Source: Acholeplasma laidlawii PG-8A (GTDB lineage Bacteria > Bacillota_I > Bacilli_A > Acholeplasmatales > Acholeplasmataceae). Taken from it: a stretch of 32,000 nt of DNA. Shown here in pieces: positions 26,042 through 32,000 of this stretch. The notes under the pieces are model-generated. The model had not been told where the DNA came from, ran no database searches, and saw only the letters and a list, made by a program, of their open reading frames with translations. Position 1 is the first letter of the stretch; every line of letters begins with the position of its first letter. A program made the translations under genes and the position numbers. The stretch is taken from contig NC_010163.1 in assembly GCF_000018785.1 (NCBI RefSeq), positions 1,110,001-1,142,000 of the forward strand, written 5' to 3'.

Positions 26042-26857
26042 TTATGTAACCCTCCTAAATATAACTTTTTTAATAATAAACAAGACAAGAAATACAAGTG
26101 TATATAATATGACAATAATACTTCCTGCAGGTTGCTTCATGATGTGTGCAAGAATTAGTCCTGTACTAATGACTAAGGTTGACACCACACTTCCAATAAT
26201 CATAAGATCTGGAAATCTTCTTGCAAATAAATTTGATGTTACAACAGGAAATATCAGTAAACTAGAAATTAATAAAACCCCAATACTACGTACACCAATA
26301 ACTACAAATACTCCAGTTAGGGCTGCAAATATGTAATTATATAAATCCACTTTAATACCACTGAATTTTGCATGTTCATAATCAAAGGTAATACTAATAA
26401 GTTTTCTATAACTTAGGATAATGAATAATAACGTTAAACCTAGTAACGCAAGTGTTAAATAAACATCCGCTTCACTTCTAAACCATAAGTTACCAGATAT
26501 TAAACTTTCTAAGTCAATACTAGAATTGGTATATCTAATTAAAATTAAACCGATTGCAAAACCGACACTAGATACAATACCGATTGCACTATCTGCGTGT
26601 ATTTTTGTATACCTAATAAGCCATCTTATAAATATCGATGCTACAATGACAATCGGTATAGCAATATAAAATGGGTTATCTATAAAAAAGATACCAACAA
26701 CTAGTGCAGCAAAACTTACATGACTTAGTCCATCTGCGATTAAACTTTGTTCATTTAATACAACAAAAGGACTTAATAAACTTGCTGTAAGTCCAAGGAG
26801 TAAGACAATCATAATACCATACTTTAGGGTATCAAAAATCAATAATAGATCAGTCAT
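26042..26857 (-). CDS. znuB: Zn/Mn ABC transporter permease
   Basis: ABC-3-type permease: 'NEQSLIADGLSHVSFAALVVGIFF', 'SSLLIFPVVTSNLFA'. Start 26857 (MTDLLLIFDTLKYG) preferred. Confidence 0.85.
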   Translation of the reverse strand: MTDLLLIFDTLKYGIMIVLLLGLTASLLSPFVVLNEQSLIADGLSHVSFAALVVGIFFIDNPFYIAIPIVIVASIFIRWLIRYTKIHADSAIGIVSSVGFAIGLILIRYTNSSIDLESLISGNLWFRSEADVYLTLALLGLTLLFIILSYRKLISITFDYEHAKFSGIKVDLYNYIFAALTGVFVVIGVRSIGVLLISSLLIFPVVTSNLFARRFPDLMIIGSVVSTLVISTGLILAHIMKQPAGSIIVILYTLVFLVLFIIKKVIFRRVT

Positions 26858-27545
26858 GATGGTGGCCCTCGTGTTCAAATTTGTTGTAGTCTATGTATGT
26901 ACCAAAGAATTTAATTTCTTGATCCACATACATGACTAAACTATTTTCCAAAATAACATCTGTTAAATCATGTGTAATATGAATAATCGTTAGATTGTTA
27001 TTTCGTCTAATGTCTTTAATCAGTTCATAAAAATATTCTCTAAAATTAGGATCAAGTGCACTAGCAGGCTCATCTAATATGAGTACTTCTGGATTTGATA
27101 TTAAACTTCTAATTAAATAAATACGTTGTAGTTGACCACCGGATAAGTGACTTACCTTTTCATTTAATAGCGATGTATCTAACTTCATTTTAGTTAACCA
27201 CTCAACGATGAGTGCTTTATCACTTTTAGATATGATAAGGCGTTGTTTGGTAAACCCTGTATAGATAAACTCTAATACGGTTAAAGGGATATTTCTTTTA
27301 ATGGTTAATTTTTGAGGCACATAACCCATGTTTAGATCTTGCATGATGATTTGTCCATGTTTTGGTTTGATTTGGTGAATTAAGCTTTTAATTAAGGTGG
27401 TTTTACCTGCACCATTTGGTCCAACGATGTTTAAAAAGTCATTTTGGTGCACGGTAAAACTTGCATGCTTAATGACGTCTAAATAACCATAAGAAAGGGT
27501 TACATCTTTATATTCAATTAAACAATTTGAACAATTAGGTTTCAT
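26850..27545 (-). CDS. znuC: Zn/Mn ABC transporter ATP-binding protein, His-rich C-terminus (HEGHHHD)
   Basis: 'VGPNGAGKTTLIKSL', 'LSGGQLQRIYLIRSLISNPEVLILDEPASALD'. Confidence 0.9.
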   Translation of the reverse strand: MKPNCSNCLIEYKDVTLSYGYLDVIKHASFTVHQNDFLNIVGPNGAGKTTLIKSLIHQIKPKHGQIIMQDLNMGYVPQKLTIKRNIPLTVLEFIYTGFTKQRLIISKSDKALIVEWLTKMKLDTSLLNEKVSHLSGGQLQRIYLIRSLISNPEVLILDEPASALDPNFREYFYELIKDIRRNNNLTIIHITHDLTDVILENSLVMYVDQEIKFFGTYIDYNKFEHEGHHHD

Positions 27546-27549
27546 AGTT

Positions 27550-28476
27550 TTAATTTGCCATTTCTAAGTGATTTATATTTCTTTCAATTAATTCATAGTA
27601 ACCAATATTATTTTTATAATCTTCTTTAGATATTTTATGGAAGGTGTGTAGTTCAAGTATTTCTATATTAGGTATTTGTGCTTTAATATAGTTTACTGTA
27701 GTTTGATCAGGTGTTTCTTCCATATACATTGTTGTTATGCCATTATTTTTTAATGCACTAACAAATGCTAGTACTTGAGCACTGGTTGCTTCTGTATTAG
27801 GTGATACATTTTCATCTAGTGCAATAATATTTAAATTAAATGCTTCACTAAAGCCGTTTAGTGCATTATGTCCAATAAAATAAACATCTAAAGGTACTAA
27901 AGTTTCTCTACTATCATGATATGGTGTAATTAGATTGGTAAGTTTATCATAATAGTCATGTGCATTTTCATCAAATACTTGTTTTAATTCCGGATATAGT
28001 TCACCTAAGTAGTCACTTAGATTTTGTACAATTGTTGCTACATAAAACGGATTAGATATAAAGTCAAATCCGTGATCATGGTCATCATGCATATCTTCTT
28101 CATGATCATGCCATGTTTCTTCATCATGTGTTACTTCTAAATTAAGTAACACTTCAAAAGATGTAAAGGCACCATCACCGATGACACTAGATACATTATT
28201 TTCAGATACTAACCAAGGTGATGCATTAATGGATGTATAGATAAAGATATCTGATTTCTTTAAATCTACTAAATCACTGCTACTTGGTTCATAAGTGTGA
28301 TAGTCCATATGGATGGGTTGTAGCGTTTTAATGGTGAGTTCATCACCTGTAACTTGCTTAACAATATCATATGTGAAGTAATCAGATACAACAATATCAT
28401 AATGATATGATGAGCCACAAGCATATAAAATTAATAAAGGTGATAAAATAAAAAGTGTAACAAATAGTTTTTTCAT
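27550..28476 (-). CDS. znuA: Zn/Mn ABC transporter substrate-binding lipoprotein with His/Asp-rich loop
   Basis: Lipobox 'LLILYACGS'; 'IHMDYHTYEPSSSDLVDLKKSDIFIY'; 'HDHEEDMHDDHDHG'. Confidence 0.9.
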   Translation of the reverse strand: MKKLFVTLFILSPLLILYACGSSYHYDIVVSDYFTYDIVKQVTGDELTIKTLQPIHMDYHTYEPSSSDLVDLKKSDIFIYTSINASPWLVSENNVSSVIGDGAFTSFEVLLNLEVTHDEETWHDHEEDMHDDHDHGFDFISNPFYVATIVQNLSDYLGELYPELKQVFDENAHDYYDKLTNLITPYHDSRETLVPLDVYFIGHNALNGFSEAFNLNIIALDENVSPNTEATSAQVLAFVSALKNNGITTMYMEETPDQTTVNYIKAQIPNIEILELHTFHKISKEDYKNNIGYYELIERNINHLEMAN

Positions 28477-28488
28477 GTCGAATTCCCT

Positions 28489-28554
28489 CTTTTGCGAATC
28501 ATTTGCAAAAGTATTATATCACACAAAATAGACTTTGCAAACGATTTGCAAAAG
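28489..28554. promoter_or_regulatory. Two tandem 7-1-7 Fur-type operators (candidate Zur boxes) flanking a TATAAT -10
   Basis: CTTTTGCGAATCATTTGCAAAAG (28489-28511) and CTTTGCAAACGATTTGCAAAAG (28533-28554); minus-strand TATAAT at 28513-28518 lies between them. Confidence 0.7.
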
Positions 28555-28567
28555 AAAGGTGCATGCA

Positions 28568-29035
28568 ATGTTGTATTATGATTTCATAAGCTATGGTGAT
28601 TGGACCTTTACCATTAAAGTGTCCAAAAACGGTTTAAAATCTATTGATATTTATAATCATCAAGACCTTTCAAATTTAACCTTAAACAAAGAAATAACTG
28701 CACCGTATATTCAAATACTTGATAACTATTTTAAAGGTATACCCATACCTAAAGATATTAAACTTGATTTAGAAGGTAGTTCATTTGAAAAATTAGTGTG
28801 GCAACAATTAATTGAGATACCTTACGGAAAGACTGCATCCTATAAAGATATTGCAGTTAGAATTTCAAACCCACGAGCATATCAAGCCGTTGGTAATGCG
28901 GTGGGCAGTAATCCTTTATTGATCGTCATACCTTGCCATAGGGTGATCAAATCAGATGGCAGGTTAGGTGGATTCTCATCAGATATTCAGTTAAAAATAG
29001 ATTTATTACATAAAGAAGGGGGAAAGTATTTATGA
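28568..29035 (+). CDS. ogt: Methylated-DNA-[protein]-cysteine S-methyltransferase
   Basis: 'GKTASYKDIAVRI...RAYQAVGNAVGSNPLLIVIPCHRVI' (PCHRV). ATG 28568 behind AAAGGTG. Confidence 0.93.
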   Translation: MLYYDFISYGDWTFTIKVSKNGLKSIDIYNHQDLSNLTLNKEITAPYIQILDNYFKGIPIPKDIKLDLEGSSFEKLVWQQLIEIPYGKTASYKDIAVRISNPRAYQAVGNAVGSNPLLIVIPCHRVIKSDGRLGGFSSDIQLKIDLLHKEGGKYL

Positions 29036-29907
29036 AGAAACTTTATGATTTTTATCTAAACCAATTGAAACATACCCATTATGTTGAACTAAATTTTGAG
29101 CAGTTTGGAGATATGCTTACTAATTTAGAATATATTGTACAACGAGTAGATAATGAAATTTGTGGTCTACTCATCTATAGTGTAGATGAGTTTGTAGATA
29201 TCAATTTAGTTATTGGTGAAGCCTCTAGCTATAAACCACTGATTCAGCAACTCATTGATAAGACCACTAAAGATATACGTATTCACTATCATAAGCCTTA
29301 CCACTTAGCATGGTATGCTAAGGAACATATGATTCACCCTAATGAACAAGGGGTTATTTATGATAGTCAGTTACATAAGACCTATCTTGAACTAGGTTTT
29401 AAAGAAACTTCTATTCAAGAAACCTACTTTTTAGATTTAAAACAATTTAAATTAGATAATACAATTAGTGAAAAATTAGAGACACTTAATTATAAAGGTT
29501 ATGACGTGACACTTTATAATCCACTTAAACATAAGGGTATGGATATCTTTTTAACTAAACTTCAAAGTGACTCTTTTAGATACGCGATTATGGCTAATTT
29601 ATCTAGAAAGCGACCTGATCCACTTTTGATTGTGACAAAAGATAATCAAGTCATGGGATTTTCAGGTCCACTATTAATAGCTAACGATTTTAGGGGCATG
29701 TTTTCTGGTATAGAAATCGTGAGTGAAGTACGCGGTCTAGGTTTAGGTAAAATACTTTTCCAAAAACTTTGTCAAACCCTTCAACAAATGGGTGCTAAGT
29801 ATATGACACTTTTTACAGGAAACAAAAACGCTGCTAAATACATATATTTAAGTGCAGGATTTGAAATTGTTCAAAAGTTTGCACTTATGGTGTATGAAAG
29901 ACATTAA
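29032..29907 (+). CDS. GNAT-family N-acetyltransferase
   Basis: 'IVSEVRGLGLGKILFQKLCQTLQQMGAKYMTLFTGNKNAAKYIYLSAGFE'; 4-bp overlap with ogt. Confidence 0.85.
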   Translation: MKKLYDFYLNQLKHTHYVELNFEQFGDMLTNLEYIVQRVDNEICGLLIYSVDEFVDINLVIGEASSYKPLIQQLIDKTTKDIRIHYHKPYHLAWYAKEHMIHPNEQGVIYDSQLHKTYLELGFKETSIQETYFLDLKQFKLDNTISEKLETLNYKGYDVTLYNPLKHKGMDIFLTKLQSDSFRYAIMANLSRKRPDPLLIVTKDNQVMGFSGPLLIANDFRGMFSGIEIVSEVRGLGLGKILFQKLCQTLQQMGAKYMTLFTGNKNAAKYIYLSAGFEIVQKFALMVYERH

Positions 29908-29912
29908 TAAAA

Positions 29913-29946
29913 ACAGGTGAAGTCATATGAATATGATTTCTCCTGT
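29913..29946. terminator. Intrinsic terminator between convergent genes
   Basis: ACAGGTGAAGTCAT/ATGATTTCTCCTGT with a mismatch and a G-U-type position, flanked by A/T runs. Confidence 0.65.
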
Positions 29947-29953
29947 ATTATTT

Positions 29954-31537
29954 TTATCTGTTTTCTAAGTATGTTTCATAATCAACGATATGTTCAATGA
30001 ACTTACCTGCTTCATCAATTTCAAATAAGCGTGTAGCTGTTGTTGACACTAATTGATGATCTTGTGTAGTAAATAATAACACACCTTTAAATTCTTGTAA
30101 GCCTTTATTTAGTGCTGTAATAGATTCCATATCTAAGTGGTTGGTTGGCTCATCAAGGATAAGTGTATTTTTTTCTTCAATCATAAGTCTAGACATTAAG
30201 AGTCTTACACGTTCTCCACCACTTAGTACATTAATTTTCTTTAAAGCGTCTTCGCCACTAAATAGCATACGTCCCAAAAAGCCTCTTACATATGTATTTT
30301 CTTTGTTTTTAGAATAATCTGTTAACCAGTCAACCATCACGGTTGGCTTTTTAAATTCAAAGTTGTTATCTTTTCTAAAGTAACCTTTAATAACAGTCTC
30401 GCCCCATTTAAATGAACCAGCATCTGGTGTATCTACTTCATTTAAAATGTTGAATAAGACAGTTGCTGCTTTATCGTTTAAACCAATAAATGCAACCTTA
30501 TCTGTTTTACCTAATGTAAATGTTACATTGTCTAAGACTTTTACACCATCAATTGTTTTAGATAAGTTTTCCACTTTTAAGATATCATCACCTAAAGATT
30601 TTTCATACTTAAAGTTAATATATGGATATCTTCTTGTACTTGGTCTAATTTCTGTTAACTCAATTTTTTCTAATGCTTTCTTTCTTGATGTTGCTTGTTT
30701 AGATTTAGAAGCATTCGCGCTAAAGCGAGAAATAAAGTCTTGTAATTCTTTAATTTTTTCTTCACTCTTTTTGTTTTGTTCTTTAGCTTGTCTTAACATT
30801 AATTGACTAGACTCATACCAAAAATCATAGTTACCAGCATAAAGAGTTACTTGTTTATAGTCAATGTCTGCAATGTGTGTACACACTTTGTTTAAAAAGT
30901 ATCTATCGTGAGATACAACAATGACTGTATTTTCAAAATCCATTAAAAAGTTTTCTAACCATAACACAGCTTTAGTATCTAAGTGGTTGGTTGGCTCATC
31001 TAGTAATAAAACATCTGGTTGATCAAATAAACTTTGAGCAAGTAATACTTTAACCTTATCATTGCTTGATAAGTCTTTCATAAGTTCATAATGCTTTTCA
31101 ACATCAATACCTAATCCAGTGAGTAAAATAGCTGCATCAGACTCGGCATTCCAACCGTTCATATCATCAAATAAACTTTCTAGTTCTCCAGCTTTAATAC
31201 CGTCTTCTTCACTAAAATCAGGTTTAGCATAGATTTCATTTTTTTCTATCATGATTTGGTATAACTTTTTATTACCCTGAATTACTGTATCAATGACAGT
31301 AAACTCATCATATTTAAATTGATCTTGTTCTAAAAAAGATAATCTCTGATTTTGGTCCATAGTAATGGTACCTCTTGTAGTAGGTAACTTACCAGCCAAT
31401 ATTTTTAGTAACGTAGATTTACCGGCACCATTAGCGCCAATAACACCATAACAATTACCTTTAGTGAATTTTAAATTGACATCTTCAAATAAGATATCTT
31501 TACCGATTTGATACGTAACATTTGACACATTTAACAT
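29954..31537 (-). CDS. ABC-F family ATP-binding protein (YkpA/YbiT-like)
   Basis: Two NBDs: 'GANGAGKSTLLKILAG', 'LLLDEPTNHLDTKAV', 'LSGGERVRLLMSRLM'; start 31537 with GGAGG. Confidence 0.9.
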   Translation of the reverse strand: MLNVSNVTYQIGKDILFEDVNLKFTKGNCYGVIGANGAGKSTLLKILAGKLPTTRGTITMDQNQRLSFLEQDQFKYDEFTVIDTVIQGNKKLYQIMIEKNEIYAKPDFSEEDGIKAGELESLFDDMNGWNAESDAAILLTGLGIDVEKHYELMKDLSSNDKVKVLLAQSLFDQPDVLLLDEPTNHLDTKAVLWLENFLMDFENTVIVVSHDRYFLNKVCTHIADIDYKQVTLYAGNYDFWYESSQLMLRQAKEQNKKSEEKIKELQDFISRFSANASKSKQATSRKKALEKIELTEIRPSTRRYPYINFKYEKSLGDDILKVENLSKTIDGVKVLDNVTFTLGKTDKVAFIGLNDKAATVLFNILNEVDTPDAGSFKWGETVIKGYFRKDNNFEFKKPTVMVDWLTDYSKNKENTYVRGFLGRMLFSGEDALKKINVLSGGERVRLLMSRLMIEEKNTLILDEPTNHLDMESITALNKGLQEFKGVLLFTTQDHQLVSTTATRLFEIDEAGKFIEHIVDYETYLENR

Positions 31538-31543
31538 AATAAA

Positions 31544-31594
31544 AAAACCTCCAACATGATAAACCTTACATATCATATCACAAGTGGAGGTTTT
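31544..31594 (-). promoter_or_regulatory. Terminator/anti-terminator-like leader that includes the ABC-F RBS
   Basis: AAAACCTCCA (31544-31553) / TGGAGGTTTT (31585-31594), inner ATGATA/TATCAT; T-run on the minus strand. Confidence 0.55.
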
Positions 31595-31616
31595 ATTCTA
31601 TTTATATGTTATATTT

Positions 31617-32000
31617 TTATACAATCCATGTTAATAATTGATAAATCAGTGGTGCAGCAATCACAGTTAAGAGCCCTGTAATGATTAATGATAGAGTTGC
31701 AACGGATGCATCAAGATCACCATATTCAATCGCTTTGGTTGTACCTACTGCATGAGAGGCAGCACCTAAGGATAAACCACGTGCAATTGGGGATGTAATT
31801 TTAAATAATTTAAAGATAGGTGGTGCAATTAGTATACCTAACACACCTGTTAACACAACAATAACAACCGTTAAGTTTTTAATACCGCCTAGGCTTTCAG
31901 ATACTGCCATAGCAATCGGTGTAGTTACTGACTTAGGAATCATCGTTGCAATCATTTCATCTGTCGTATGTAGGATAAATACAATACCTGCAATGGTTAA
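31617..32000 (-). CDS. lrgB: LrgB/CidB family protein, partial (continues beyond the window)
   Basis: 'MIPKSVTTPIAMAVSESLGGIKNLTVVIVVLTGVLG..RGLSLGAASHAVGTTKAIEYG'. Frame remains open to base 32000. Confidence 0.88.
   Translation of the reverse strand, partial: LTIAGIVFILHTTDEMIATMIPKSVTTPIAMAVSESLGGIKNLTVVIVVLTGVLGILIAPPIFKLFKITSPIARGLSLGAASHAVGTTKAIEYGDLDASVATLSLIITGLLTVIAAPLIYQLLTWIV

Noticed and set aside
30447-30806. 119-aa plus-strand ORF within the ABC-F gene
   Set aside because: Antisense shadow of conserved ABC-F sequence.
1-32000. CRISPR array, tRNA or rRNA genes
   Set aside because: No regularly spaced direct repeats and no recognisable tRNA cloverleaf or rRNA conserved segments seen when reading; a tRNAscan/CRISPR finder run would settle it.

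Overview
AT-rich, low-GC window that reads normally with TGA as stop. Gene content (PPi-type phosphofructokinase next to an ATP-type one, flotillin, InlB-type B-repeat lipoprotein) is consistent with an Acholeplasma-like Mollicute; that assignment is inference. Housekeeping and metabolic blocks: flotillin, pyk-pfkA, pfp, gdhA, ald, NADPH dehydrogenase, Zn/Mn ABC transporter with a Fur-family gene, ogt, ABC-F, lrgB (truncated by the window end), and polysaccharide genes. The accessory part is a compact putative defence island at ~5.0-12.95 kb. It holds a complete DpnII-type GATC restriction-modification operon (dpnM-dpnA-dpnB plus a small ORF); a separately transcribed GIY-YIG nuclease whose N-terminus resembles the DpnI-type winged helix; a divergent resolvase/invertase-family serine recombinase; and a PLD-DEAD helicase-DUF3427 protein overlapping a NUDIX gene. 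Strongest new observations: (1) two 26-bp 12+2+12 recombinase-like sites in inverted orientation between the serine recombinase and the DpnII operon, a candidate promoter-inversion or resolvase-repressor switch for restriction-modification; (2) the wHTH-GIY-YIG fusion, whose promoter and a twin promoter just downstream share ATGATCTAAT, so a GATC overlaps each -10 (possible methylation sensing); (3) two Fur-type 7-1-7 operator repeats over the znuA promoter; (4) mutually exclusive hairpins that include the ABC-F ribosome-binding site; (5) a structured ~230-nt leader or sRNA upstream of the NADPH dehydrogenase gene. No CRISPR array, rRNA or tRNA was recognised.
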